Source: the human T2T-CHM13v2.0 reference genome, Homo sapiens
DNA: 64,000 bases
Strand: one strand, 5' to 3'
Assembly: GCF_009914755.1 (NCBI RefSeq)
Contig: NC_060937.1
In this document: piece by piece, positions 44,996-59,045 of the stretch
Position numbering within the stretch: the first letter of the stretch is position 1
Layout: each line of letters begins with the position of its first letter
Position numbers and translations under genes: made by a program
The notes under the pieces: model-generated
Database searches by the model: none
The model's input: only the letters and a program-made list of their open reading frames with translations
Told to the model about the DNA's origin: nothing

Positions 44996-46634
44996 TCCAT
45001 CCTGAATGATTCACACCATTATTTAAACATCTGAAAAATCCTGAAATAATTTAAACTGAAGGCACAGAACAAACCAAAATATTTAACTATCAGAACTAAA
45101 AATGAGAAAATCCAAATAGTTCTATAGTAACAATAAATTATGAACAAGTTTCCGTCACCAAATATCACTCTGACCAAAAATGACTGTCTTTTGTCATAAA
45201 AGCTACAGCTTAAGCTGATTCCAAGATTTCTATAAAAATGAGAGTGAAGAAATTTCTTCTTTCAAAATACTCATTATGCCACCAGGTTCAATGTAAGTAT
45301 TTTGTATATAACAAAGTAGCAGTCAGGATATTTGTTGATGGATGGCTACTCCCCAAGAAATGACACATTCTTACAAACTTTAAAAAAATAGCAAAGTTGG
45401 TTACAAAATTCTATTTGGGGAGCAGGGAAAAAACTTGTTCCATGTCAATTAGAATATCAAAGCATTTCAAAATCAAACTGCTTCCAAAGCCAATCATCAC
45501 ACAACAGTAATATACTGTATGGGCCATTCCACTGTATCTTGTTATATGTTGATCATACAGTGTAACTAAGGGGTTGAACAAGTCAGTAGCGATGATTGTT
45601 GCTGTATCTTATTCCAAATAGATATGTTTTTTAAAAATCATTATAAAACTAACTGAAATAATCAGTGACATGCTACAGATACAATAAACCCCAGCAATAC
45701 AATTGCTAAGTTTCAAAATAAAGTGGTCATGCTTCATAATATATTGTACTGTAGTATTCTGAAATACATTCTCTGATTATCAATACCATTTATTACAGAG
45801 GTCACTTGTAAATTTGCTCAGATTCTGAACTAGGTTTCTAAATGAAATTTTTTTCAAGTATGTATAATATTAATAAGGTAAAGATATTTTTATCTTATTC
45901 ACTTATTTATGTGTTCAGAGGATAAGTATGTTGAATAAAGGACAAAAAATGGGCTAGTCATAATTTTCAAAAACATTTCAAAAAATATGAAATAGTCTAG
46001 TGACTGAGAGCTGACTGAAAGATACATCTAAAACCTACATTTCCAACAAAACAGAACTTTTCTGTCTCCTACTTGAAACAACTAATCTCATAAGAAATAA
46101 TGGGAAAAATAATTGTTTCTAAAATACACAAGAAATACTCCTACCTGAACAAAATAAAAAGGTCTCCCTTTCTCCTACTTAGCTGTGATATATAGGTATT
46201 TAATAATATGGTTTTATCTTTATCATTTCGTTTAATCGCATAAATCACAAAAACATTTCTAGCCAAGATTACTGCTAAGAATAACACAACTCTAGAAATA
46301 ATTTTTTAGCAAAAACTACTTCAAAATTTCCCTACATAGCAAAACATTCCTCTGGAAATAGATTTTTAATGCTTTTGGGCTGTTCAAGTAAGTGCAGCTT
46401 TACCATCTCTAACATTAAGTTATAATTATCATCCAAATTCCTTTGTAACTGGATAACATTATCTTTTATCCTCTACTATTCTAATAATAGTATATTAAGA
46501 AATTTCTTTAGTGTTGTCAGACTTATTTCTTCATCTTCTATGAATATTGAGAGATTACAGTAGAAATAAACCAGAAAATCAGTTTATAAACAGTATGAAG
46601 TTTTGAAATGTTGGCACCAATAAAAAATGGGAAC

Positions 46635-46945
<311 letters not shown>

Positions 46946-47394
46946 TTAAAGTATATTCATTCATGGTATTGGTTATGACAGTGGCAGTACACGCTGTTGT
47001 TACTGGCTTTGCTGACATCAGGCCTGAGGGATACAGAACTCGTTCTATGATTCAGTTACTGAAAACAAAGACCCACCAGAAGGTCTTTACTCCATCTGGG
47101 GCACAGTTTGGGTGAGCTTTGCTCATTACCATAGGTAACATTTTAACAACTAAGTCTGAATTCTGAAAATATAAACTCACAAAGGTTAGTGGAAGACTGT
47201 TTCCAAGCTAAAAGAAATGTAACTAACTTAGGAAACCATTTAAATAAACATAAACGGACAATCTTAGTGGGTTTTGGCCCTGTGTATACCAGCAGTGTCA
47301 GCAGCTCCTAAACCACAAACACAATGAAACCAAAGGGTTTTCTTTCAAAAATCTAAAAAAGGAAGATGCAAGATTTGAAACCAATTTCCAAAAT

Positions 47395-47530
47395 CTATAC
47401 AAGGCTGCCAGGCCAACAAATAACGGTCAGAGTGACTTTGTTCCTCTGCTCCTTCAACATGGGAACTAGTGCAGAGTGGCTCATGCCCACGGTTGACAGC
47501 CCATTTACGGCCACAATCATGTCACCACAC
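47395..47530 (-). CDS. LNX2: LNX2 terminal exon, coding part (136 nt including TAG)
   Basis: Acceptor TCTTTGTCCAG|GTG. Translates [44 protein letters not shown]. The WPGSLV ending identifies LNX2 (LNX1 ends WPGTFL, from memory). Confidence 0.96.
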
Positions 47531-48529
47531 CTGGACAAAGAGAGACAGATACAGAATGTTACTATTTTCATGGTATTAAAAATATCCCAATTGAGATTTA
47601 TGTAGCATGAAAAATGCGGTTTCACTTACCACTGAACTGTCAATGGTTAGGGTGTATAATCTACTTTGTCTGGGACAGCCCTTAAGCCTATGCTGGCTTT
47701 CCCTTGCCAATCAAGGAAACCCCTGTGCCGATGACTCCATAACCAGTAGGTGAATGTCAAGGACAAGCAGAGTAATTTTCACACTAATTTAAGCAAAATA
47801 TAGAGTAAATATGCTCTCTCTTTAAAAAAATACCAAGTCATGCATTTGAAGGGGGTTATTATTTTGACTGCTATTTTTCTATTCATTCTTAGAGCTCATA
47901 CATCTGAGGGCTGAATTAAATTGGAAATAAGACCCATACTTCCTCTTCTTTCAGCTGTTGACGCTCACTGTACTCTAAGCAGAATTATTATGGATGGATG
48001 ATGAATTGGAGGACCTTTCCAGCCTTATAATTACCATAATTATCCTTATGGTTTTTGGTCTTCTATTTATACCATAAATATACTATTTTATTGTTAACTA
48101 CCTCAATTTCTTTTTGGAAGTAGGAGGAATACAAATTATAATTAACAGAGGCCCAGACTGGTTAAGTAACTTAGCTAAGAGAGTGATTAATTCATTTTTC
48201 CCTACTCTGTCCTCCTAAAATGATTTTTTTTCATCTTTATCAATATAGGCTGACCTGGAGCATACCACTCCCAATCACCTTTCCATACATTATTTAGATG
48301 TCACTTACTCCTTGCAAACAGTGTACATTCTCCATCTGCATAGCATTCTATATAGAATGTCAACATTTACTTTTTAAGAACTGGTTCTTCCTTCGTAAAC
48401 CAGGTATTAAGAATTTACAATCAACCACCTCCTCTCTGCTGGTGATGATGTCTTGCCATGACACCTTCTCTTTTCTTCTCCCAGTGCCCGGGCTTTGATA
48501 AGACGCTGTACACTGAGCGAGGACTTTTG

Positions 48530-48940
48530 CTCAGTGGTAGAGGCTGGCAGAGGGGTTAAAGTCCAGGGATCTAGAGCCAGATAGTCCTGGGTTTGAATGC
48601 CAGCCAACCACTTTCAGCTATTTCATTGTGGGCAAGTTTCTTAACCTTTCCAAGCCTCAGTTATCTTGTTTGTTTTAAAACAGGGATAATAAAGAAAGTT
48701 ACCTCATAGGATTGTTAAAAAGATTACATAATGCATGCACAGCACTTAGCACCGCGCCAGGCATCCTGTAAGCTATTGTACATTCATTCATCAAATATTT
48801 ATGGAGATCTTACTTTATGCAAGGTATTGTTATGACTGCTAGGGATATAACAATAAATGCAACAAGATCCCTCCCTTATGGAGCTTGCATAAATACGATC
48901 TCAGGTAGAGATGAGTGCTATGGAGAAAAATGAAGCAGAG
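48530..48940. mobile_element. MIR followed by an L2 fragment
   Basis: MIR core (GGGCAAGTTTCTTAACCTTTCCAAGCCTCAGTT) and an L2 tail (CATTCATTCATCAAATATTTATGGAG). Confidence 0.7.
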
Positions 48941-49124
48941 TCATCTAATGACAGGCCTGGACCTGAGTAGGCTGTGTGGGAAACTTACTCAGCGCTCAAT
49001 GTCACATCACAACGTGATGAATGAAATATGTCCAATGAAATAACTCAGGTTCAGTTTCTGTCATCAGATTAATGAAACATAGCTATAAGTGACAAGACAG
49101 TAAAGGTAACATTTCAGTCTAGAT

Positions 49125-49332
49125 CGGGATTGGCAAATTTTTTCCGTAAGGGGTCAGATGGTAAATATTTTAGGCTTCAAGACCCATACAGTCTCTGTCA
49201 TGATGACATCAACTCCGCTGGTGTAGTGTGGGAGCCAGAGAGTACATAAACCAGTAAGTGTAGCTGCACTGCAATGAAACTTTATTTTCAAAAAGATAAT
49301 GGGCTGGATTTAGTGCTGACCCCTGACCCCTG
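49125..49332 (+). mobile_element. MER58-like hAT/Charlie MITE
   Basis: Perfect 8-bp TSD GTCTAGAT at 49117-49124 and 49333-49340; degenerate terminal inverted repeats; internal GTAAATATTTTAGGCTT. Confidence 0.85.
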
Positions 49333-49392
49333 GTCTAGATCATGTCCAATGTCATCAACATGAATCACATCATTAATTAGAACAAGACTCAC

Positions 49393-49551
49393 TTTAATCT
49401 TCCATCATAATAAGCAGGAGTTCCCAAGACAATAGTTTTAATGAAAAAAGGCTGATTGGTGTGGTTCTCTTCATATCCACCAACGATACTAAAGCCCCAA
49501 CTTCCCAAGTAACTTCTTCGTAAAACTATATCGTGGCAGCTATGAAGTGTG
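49393..49551 (-). CDS. LNX2: LNX2 coding exon (probably exon 9; 159 nt): N-terminal part of PDZ4
   Basis: Acceptor TTTATAG|CAC and donor AAA|GTGAGT. Translates (S)[52 protein letters not shown](K). Confidence 0.95.
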
Positions 49552-50200
49552 CTATAAACAAACAGAAAAATAAAGAAAAAATTAACATGGAGGCTTTTAT
49601 AGCCGCTTATTTTTGTTATAACCCCATACCATGTTATATTTACCACTCTTGGAAAAAAGAAAAAGGGCTATTAATAAATAGATTATTTTGACAATCCATT
49701 TTCTAGCAGAGACACAGTCCTAGGTAGACTCAAATTTCTCCAACTTTTTTCAGTCTTCCCAAGTGAAGACACACACACACACATACACACACACACACAA
49801 GTAGAGAACCTGGTTACAAATTACACCTCAGTAACCTGTACAAAAAGGTCATGTACCTATATCAGCTCACTGCATTGTCAACAAAGTCCTCAATTCTACT
49901 AATCACTTTTATCTACAAGAGGAATTACAATGTGGGATGAAAGAGGTCTAGTACTGCCAAGCCCAGCATGCAAATGAAAGAAGAAAAAGATTAGGAACGC
50001 AGCTTCCGAAAAGAAGGCAGATAATTATCTCTCTTTTCTAAAGGTCCTATAGGCTTTTAGTCTACATGAGGAGTTATTTGTTATTTTCTCCTTTACTTAG
50101 GATGTTTTCATTTTAAGGGAGACTCTAATTGCCAAAATAGAGAAATCAATCTGAAAAACACTAACAAAAAATCTTTTTCTTTTTTTTTCTATCATAGACA

Positions 50201-50350
50201 AGCTGGGTACAGCGTCATGTGTCTGTAGTCCCAGTTACTGGGAGGCTGAGACAGGAGGATGGCTTGTGCCCAGGAGCTTGAGGCTGCAGTGAGCTATGAT
50301 CATGCCAACTTGGGTGACAGAGCAAGACCCCATCTTTAAAAAAAAAGAAA
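50201..50350 (+). mobile_element. Alu monomer (FRAM-like)
   Basis: Right-monomer-type sequence plus A-tail. Confidence 0.8.
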
Positions 50351-52267
50351 ATATATACACATCTATACACACACATGCATATATAAATGTATCATAGACA
50401 CTGAGAAACTACAGTTAGAATGCTACTGCCAGATTGCAGGATGTGTCCAGAGAGGGAGAAAAAAAAAATGTACTTATGTTTCCATAGCTCTATGGATTTG
50501 GGAACAAGCAGTGAGTAAAATCTTAAAAACAAAACAAACAAAAAAAGCACACCTAAATGATAAGGAAAAAAAAACTCTTCATAATAAATAAATATCTTTC
50601 ATCTTTAGGTGAAACTGGATCTAAATGCACGGAAGGCAAGGTTTCCTGTTTTAAATCCATAATAAAATAATAAATATACATAATATAAATAATTAATTTT
50701 AAAAATCCTGTTTTATTATTTCTTAATAAAGCCAATTCTATAAAGCAATGTTTACCATGCCAGAACTTCTCATCTTATCTAGTTTCCTAGCTCACTGATA
50801 AGAAAGGCTTCTGGGATGGAACAAGGTCCCATGCACTGGCCTGGATTTAAAGGGACAGTGTTGGTTATTTTCCTAATGCTGCATCTTCTGAAACAAACAG
50901 CTTTCTTGTATACCCCAGCAAATCGCAGTGGAAGAATCTCCCTTTTCACGAAAAGCAGAGCAGAGCTGCTACACTATGCCGTGTGAAACCTGCATATAGG
51001 GGCCACCTGCACCCACTGAGGAGGACACATGGCTGTTGAATATAGCTTTGCATTCAACAGAGACCTCCATACACACATTGAATAGTAGCCTTTTATCGAC
51101 AGGTATTCTTTCAACACAGGTGGGCTCAAAAACAGATTTTACTATACTGTGTATTTCTCATCTAAAATCTTTGCTATTATGCCTGGCACACCAGAAAATG
51201 CTCTGAAAAAAAGAGGTCAATGTGCCAACCTCCAAACTAGACTGGTATATCAGATAAGGAAAATTAAAGGAAGCACTAGGGACCAAGTTTCTCCAGGACG
51301 CTGCTGCTCTCTGCCTGCCCCATCATTAGAGGTGCAGACAAGCTCTGAGGTCTGCAACGTGCTGCCCAGCCACTGCACGAGTAGACCACTTCTCACCCAC
51401 TATGCGCAAAGCGCCTTGAAGCACTATATAAATGCTAGTTGTTGTTATAAATGTATCCCACGAGTCAGGTGGCTCAGAAAATAGCAAATTCTTATTGTTT
51501 TATTTTAAAGAATCAATAATTTTCATACTTGGTCAAAAGTCAAAATGCTTCATAGCTTAGTTTTAGGATTCTTAGGTACGGTAAGAATCTAAACGGATTA
51601 GACAACAAATGATGATAGGAACACATTCTTCCTATCTCAAATGTCAAACAACAACCGCGGAAAGGAATGTACCCTGGGATGCCACTGGAGGTTCCATGTG
51701 CTTCTGTGACCCCGACACTGACCAACCACAGCATATCTTGGCTGGTCACATTTATAAAAAATAAAAGTGAAGCAGCCATTCTTGAACACTAATGGTTTGG
51801 CTTAATAGACTCTTGTATCCAATAAAAATTGAGTTTTAAATGCCACCCTTTTTAGCGAGAGTTAAAATAAATTTAAAAAGGTGTTAAGAAAGGCTTCTGG
51901 GATGGGGGGAAGCCCCAAGATTGGCCTGGGTTTTCTGATGAAAAATGCATGAAGTCTCAGCACATAGCGGAATGAGTGCTGGTAAACGACAACTTTTCTA
52001 AGCAAGAGGCTGGGTTATCCAATCTCATGGCTAGCCCACTGAGGAGCCTTGACAGGAATGGACACAACTGCTTTCTTTGTGTACCTTTTAAAGTGTAATA
52101 TCCTAAGAAAAATTATCCTTTTCTTTTGTAATTTGATTTGATGTTGCTATTTTACTGAATTAAAGCTTTTTTTTTTATCCCAACGAGTAAATTTATCATG
52201 CTACACACTGATAAGGGCTGCAAGCATGATTATGATTTCCATAAAGCAACAAGAAAGCGCTCAGTAC

Positions 52268-52499
52268 CTGGGAAGCCCAAGCCACATGACCCATGATGGG
52301 GACCAACTGGCATCATACTCATTTTCGCTGAAAGTACTCGGCTGCTCCTCCGCGTTCTGAGTCGCCTCCTCAACAATCTGGACCTCAAGTGCTTTAAGGG
52401 CAACAGCAGGGGACGCGGCACTGGCTTTCAGCATTGCAACTGCCTCACTGTGACTTAAATTGGTCAAATCAATGCCGTTGATATTTAGCAACACATCAC
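52268..52499 (-). CDS. LNX2: LNX2 coding exon (probably exon 8; 232 nt): C-terminal half of PDZ3 and linker
   Basis: Acceptor AACAG|GTGAT and donor CAG|GTACTG. Translates (G)[39 protein letters not shown]...[12 protein letters not shown]. Confidence 0.95.
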
Positions 52500-53309
52500 C
52501 TGTTCAGATGAAGAAACAAGAAAAATGAGCTGAGCCACTGAGTTTTCACCTGCAAATCTTGTTGTTTATAAACTAAGCAACAAAAGTTAGTTCCCCCAAC
52601 TCTGATGAGATAAGGTATAATAATAAATGGCATTTATTATTTCTTTGTAATTTTTATAATATTGAGAAGAAACCCAATACACAGAAAACATTCCATAATT
52701 TTAAAATAATGTCATAATACATAGAAAAAAGTGTGGCCTGAGGCACCTTGACATGATTGGAAGTTCGAATCATCAGTCTGAGTTTAGCTGTGTACAGGCC
52801 CTGGGCAGGTTCATTTCTCTTCTTAAGAGTTTCAGAGATTTCTACAATTCTGTCCAATCAAAAATCACTTGATCCTTTGCCCTTAGAAATAAATCTTTAA
52901 TGTATTCTGCTTTATATTTACACAGTTCTATACATAAGGACAGCCCTGTATAGTTTATTCAGGGCAAACATCAGAATATGTACAAAGAAGCTATCCCTGG
53001 GCCCACATGAAGAAATGAAACTTGCAGTTTGAATGTCTTCCCTGTTTCAGGAAGAAAAGAACTGTTGCTCTGCTAAGTAATATAATAAAAAATGGCAATG
53101 AGGATTATATCAAAGGTTAGGAAAGGATTAGTTTTGTAGGAAGCAGACATTTGTGCTACAAAGTCTACAGAAATTTATCTCTCCCAATTTATCATCAGTT
53201 TTTCAGATTATTAAAGCAAATCATTCTCATTGTAGAAAATTTAGAAAACACAATAAAAGAACAAAAAGGAAATAAAATTACCCCAATACTACAACTGGAC
53301 AAATAACCT

Positions 53310-54745
53310 TTACTTAATAGCAGCTTGAGAAATAATTCACATACTATTCAATTCACCCATTTAAAGAACATAATTTTATGGTTTTAATATATTCACAGTT
53401 GTGCAATCATCACTACAGTAATTTTGAGAACATTTTAATCACTCCCTCTATACCCATCATTTCCCTTCCCCAACCCTAAGCAACTACTAATCTACTTTCT
53501 GTCTCTACAGATTTGCCTCTTCTGAACATTTCATGTAAATGGAATCATACATGGTCTTTTATATCTAGCTTCTTTTACTTGCATAATATTTTCAGGGTTC
53601 ATCCTTGTAATTTGTGCCAGTACTTCAGTCCTTTTCATGGCCAAATCATATTTTGCTGTATGGGTAGACCACATTCCATTGATCCATTCCTCAGCTGATG
53701 GACATTTGAGTGGTTTCCACTTTCTGGCTATTGTGAATAATGCTGCTATGAACACTGGTATACAAGTTTTCGTATGAACAGCTGTTTTCATTTCTCTAGA
53801 AGTGGAATTGCTGGTCATATGGAAACTATATGAGGAATCAGTTTAACTCTTTGAGGAACTACCAAACCGTTTTCCAAAAACAGTTGTACCACTTTATATT
53901 CCCACCAGCAATTAATGAGGGTTTCCACTGCTCCACATCCTTGCCAGTGTTTGTTATTGGCTGTCTTTTTCATTATTGTCATCCTACTGGTTGTGAAGTA
54001 GTATCTTACTGTGGTTTTGATTTGTGTTTGAGACAGGATCTCACTCTGATGCTAGGCTGGAGTACAGTGGCATGATCTCAGCTCACTGTAGCCTTGACCT
54101 CTGGAGCTCAGGTGATCCTCCCACCTCAGCTCCTAACTGGGATTACTACAGATTCACACCACCACAGCTAGCTAATTTTTGTATTTTTTGTAGAGACAAG
54201 GTTGTGCCATATTGCCCAGACTGTTCTCAAACTCCTGGGCTCAAGCGATCCACCTGCCTTGGCCTCCCAAAGTGGTGAGATTACAGGCGTGAGCCACCAC
54301 ACCCAGCCTGAGCATCTTTTCATGGGAAAACTGGCCATTTATTTATCTTCTTTAGAGAAATGTCTATTCAGATTCTTTCCTCATCTTTATGTTGTGTTTT
54401 CTGTCTTTTTAATTAGAGTTGTAAGAATATATATTCTAGACACAAGTCATTTGTCATATATATAATTTGCAAATGTTTTTCCCATTCTGTGGGTTATTTT
54501 TTCATTTGCTTGGTTGTATTCTTTGTAGCACAAAAGTTTGCAGTTTTAAAGTCCAGTCTGTCTATATTTTCTTCTGTTGCTTTTGCTTTTAGTGTCATAT
54601 CTAAGAAACTACTGCCTAATCCAAGGTCATGAGGATTTACATTTGTGTTTTCTTCTAAGAATTTCAGCTCTTATATTTAGATCTTGCATCCATTATGATT
54701 TAATTTGTGTTTATGGTGTGAGGTAGGGGTTCAACTTCATTCCTG
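53310..54745 (-). mobile_element. L1MB-like 3' end with a nested AluJ (~54027-54308)
   Basis: Antisense L1 ORF2 C-terminal remnant (ORF-track FIAALFTIARKWK). Confidence 0.85.
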
Positions 54746-55295
54746 GAAAAATAGGTTTTCAGAGTCACTTTTCTTACCTTATATACAAACTAAGTCAATG
54801 GAGACTGCTATTTTTACCATGGCAATAGTGGCTAGCTGCAACCCCCATCTATGCAAATTATATAGCATTGATAGGGAATATGAAATGGCAAATGCATTTA
54901 TCCCTAAAATTAATTTTGTCTTCTGCTCCACCTCCTCTCTGAGTCCCCTTCTACACAGACACTTTATTAAAAGAAACATTTTTCAGTGAGATGGCCCTTT
55001 GGAGTATCTAAGTCTGTTGTAATGCTAGAGGATCTTTTCCCAAGATAAAATAATCTAAGAGTCTGAGTAACTGTTAGCAAATTCTGGAACTGTCATCAAG
55101 GTTCAGCAACTTTCCTTTATATAAGGCATTTTTCTAACCTCATAGAATGACTTTATGCTTCCATATGCAAGGGACAGTTTAAAGAACTTAAAAAAGTCAT
55201 GTTTAATAGATACTTTGTAGATATTCTTTATTTTTTTAAATGTGCATTTAATTCAGAAATAAGATGTGGTAAAATTTTTCAAGATCCCATCTTAC

Positions 55296-55473
55296 CTCTC
55301 TTTATTCTGCCATCTCGTGCAAGGCAGCCATGGGGTGGCACACTGGTCACAAAGATGGGCAGCTCACCACTCTTACTTCCCCTGCCCCCAGCAACGGTCA
55401 TGCCAAGGGATTCATGTGGTTCCTTCTTTACAGTAATGTGTTTTTCTTGGCATGTAACACACTGAGTAAGATC
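55296..55473 (-). CDS. LNX2: LNX2 coding exon (probably exon 7; 178 nt): N-terminal half of PDZ3
   Basis: Not in the ORF track. Acceptor TTTTAG|GAT and donor GAG|GTAAGA. Hand translation gives [59 protein letters not shown]. Confidence 0.95.
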
Positions 55474-58400
55474 CTAAAACATACAAGAAAAAAATCATTG
55501 GATAATGAATAAAATATAGTTGAAGTAAAGTTATTACTTCAAACTAAGGTAATAACTTACATGGCATTTATAAAGTAATTATTTTTTATTCCTTAATTGC
55601 AAATGAAAGTAATACACAGTTCTTAATAAGTCTGCTGTGGATCAATGTCAAATTTTGGACTATGTTATTTTCATGACTGTTTATGTAGCTGAAAAAACTC
55701 AGGACTGCTGAAATACAGCAGTCAAAGTAAAATAAGCACATCATTTGTATAATTTGTTTGAGCTTCATGTTTGATCAACTTCACAAAAGTAAATGATGCT
55801 TTTGAGTTTTAAGATTCTGAAGACAAATCAATTAATTTTACTTCCATCTTTCCCCCATTTCTTTGACAGAAAAGTTGACAGAGTAGTACAAAAGTGTAGA
55901 TTTTGGCAACTGCCAGAAAAAGGTCATCGACCTATCTCCTGATTCTCACTGACTACTACTATGAGTGCTCAATCATGAAGAAGATGCAAATCTACCTTCA
56001 AAATCTTCATGAAAAGCTAAAAGGATATAAAATGACTGAATTTTTGAAAAAGTTAATGACAGGGAAATAAATTCCCAACAAATTAATATCTCCTATTTTT
56101 ACTGACATTTGTTACTACTACTTATTATTGAGATGTTCCTGGAAGAAAAAGAATTTAAAACATCACTTTTCTTTTGAATTAGAATTCAGTAAAAAATAAG
56201 ATGTACATATGCAATATTAATATTAAAATAATAATTAACATTTGGGCTTAGCCTGTGAAAAGCTAATGCCTTTACATGCATTATTTCATTTAACCTTCAC
56301 AAAAGTCCTGAAATTATATATTATTATTGACCCCATTTTACAGATGATGAAACAAACTTAGGGAGGTCATGTAACTTGTCCTGAATCATGTTAATATAGG
56401 CAACTGTCCTGGGATTCAAAATTTATGTATGTTAAAAGAATGTACTATATATTAATACAAATAGTATTTTGTATATGTTTATATAGTGTGATAGACTACA
56501 TGTACATATTGTATATATGCACCTACACAAGAACTATCCCATTAAGTGTACAGTGTAAGATAATGTCTCAGAAGGTTTTAACACTTATTAACTGTTAAGA
56601 GAATGTTGTAGATAATTAAAATTGTTAATAATATAAAAAATACAAATTACATTCACAGAATTATAACATTTCCTTAAATCACATTAGAGAATTGACATGT
56701 ATTTAACTGTTAATAATGGCATTTATCAAATCTCTAAATCAGGGCCTGGAATTCTAGGCCTATCTACCCTTCTCCAGATGTGAAATCTATACTCTTGAAA
56801 TTTTACCAAAGGAGCTATGTGTAATAGCAGCATAGTATTCCCAGAAAATGTTATGACCAAGGAGAAAATCTGTAAATGTTTTAAGGCAATCTCCTATCTA
56901 AAGGTATGAAATTTTTGTCAGCAGCCTTCAAAATTAGACAAACACAACTTTATTCTGAAGACAACTCAGGTAAACTCAACCTTGAGTATATTCATTTAAG
57001 CAGGTTCAGCCCTTACATATTTAAGCAAAGTGTGGGTATTTTATTACTCTAGGTGTCTAAAATGTATGCAATTTTTACCCAGGAACCCAACCAAACTTCA
57101 AAGATTATACTCAGTTTGCTTCAAGGAACTTCCTAAAACAAACATGAATGTTTATCAGAACAGCTACTGGGAAGCTTTATAGAAGACTAATATATACTTT
57201 AATTTTTTCAGAATGATTATAATTGTCTGAAAAGATTGTTTTGGTGAATGTGTATGTGTTTTCCCTAGGAGACCTTTACTTTTCTGTATCAGGATTTGAC
57301 AAAACAAATGGAGCATCTTAGTAGTAAATAGCTAAATGAACACATTCCATTTCAAGTGGTTTTTCTAACCAGCCAGGTTTGCAGAGTGCCTGGAATAGAA
57401 TAAATTCAGCATCACTATTTAGAACATTGTCATATAAAATTAAAGAGAATGAGAATTAGCATAGTTATGACAGAAAAATACATGTGCCCACAACAAATTG
57501 AATTAAGGAGAGTTTGCTATAGGAATACTGGAATTATTAATTACAGTTTTTCAAACTCTCTTAAAACTATAATGTTGTTATATACACCCCTATCTCAAAT
57601 TATAAAATTCAATAACATAAAAGATTCAATTATCAACTTGTACCTTATATTATAGTTTTATATGTATAAAAAACTTGTAAAGCAAGGACTAGCTATATGA
57701 AACAACACCTATTCAAAAAGTCCTGTTTAAAACAATTACCCCTTTTCCACAGTCATTATTTAAAGGCAAATTATAGGTTTCCTTCATACATTTTGGTTTT
57801 GCTCAGAAATGAGAATGAAGTCTGTGATTATAATTTCTTTTTAGTATTAACTAAATCAAAGACCAATGACAAGTCTGTAGAGAACTTAAGCTCAGAAAAC
57901 CATATAAACCCAATGGGCCAAAAATACTGTGTCTTTAAGCTATGCTTTCTTAGGGTACCAGAGACAGACTCCAAAGCTAATTATTCACTCAAATGTTACT
58001 TTCAGGTGACAATAAATAAGTTTTTGCTTAGTAAAGCAATTTAATTTTACTTAAGGAGAATTACTCTGGTAGGTCACATTTAGCTTTTATTTTTGCATAA
58101 TTGGGTAAGCATAACATCATTGTTTTAAAACTTCTGGCCCACTGGAAGTTAAGAGTTCAAATGAAGGATGAAATGAAGTAAATAATATCAAGAATGCTAA
58201 AGTATCATCCTTTCAGATTTTTGGACTGAAAGTGAGGTAGCATCAAAATTCTCAGCTCAGGTAGAATACATTATAAAACCAGTGAAATACTGATTCTGAA
58301 GAAACAGTAACAAAGCTTAACATATGGAAATTTTAAATGATTTAGGGTAATATTCCTCTAAGCTTTAACATAAAAAGAAATATGCTATATATGTACCTAT

Positions 58401-58901
58401 CAAATACGTAAATATGCTATATATGTACCTATCAAAATTCATGATTCATATGTTTAATCTTCATGTATCTAATTCAGGTTCTGTAGGCAACAGGCTCAAT
58501 TATTAAGCATAGATTTGTCAATCTTGTCTTATGTTTTTTCATCAACTAACTCTTATATTTAAATAAGCAACCCAAGATAAATTCCACTTTCAAGTAGGAT
58601 TAAACAGATAGAAGATTTCACGCTTCTTGTTAATCGCCTGGCAAAGGAAACTTCCCCTCCAAGAAACTATCTCCAGATCTAAGGAACAAAGCAGTCACTT
58701 TCCAAGGTAGCAAAACATATACATTTCATATTCCAAACACCTATATTTTTCAACAGAATAACAACCCTCATTTGAATCTTTTTTTTAAAAAAACTGCTTT
58801 ATTGAGGTGTGACTGACACACAAAAAAACCTTCATTTAAATCTTACCAGCTTGTAACAATGATCCTTTGATGGTGGCATAAAAAAAAAAAAAAATCCTCA
58901 C

Positions 58902-59045
58902 CTTATGTGAGCTTGGTCTGCTATAATACGGTGGTGGTGTGTGGTGCTGGCTGCTGCTGCTATGATTTCCTGCTTCTCTAATGGTGTTACCAGGCTGGGG
59001 TTTCCCTGGTCTAGCAATTGTTAAATTCACTCTCTCTCCACTGGC
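58902..59045 (-). CDS. LNX2: LNX2 coding exon (probably exon 6; 144 nt, phase 0/0): end of PDZ2 and linker
   Basis: Acceptor CTCCAG|GCC and donor AAG|GTGAGG. Translates [48 protein letters not shown], in frame with the previous exon. Confidence 0.95.

Noticed and set aside
47395-47406. C-terminal -SLV class I PDZ-binding motif in a PDZ protein
   Set aside because: Real, but an already described feature of LNX proteins, so not novel.
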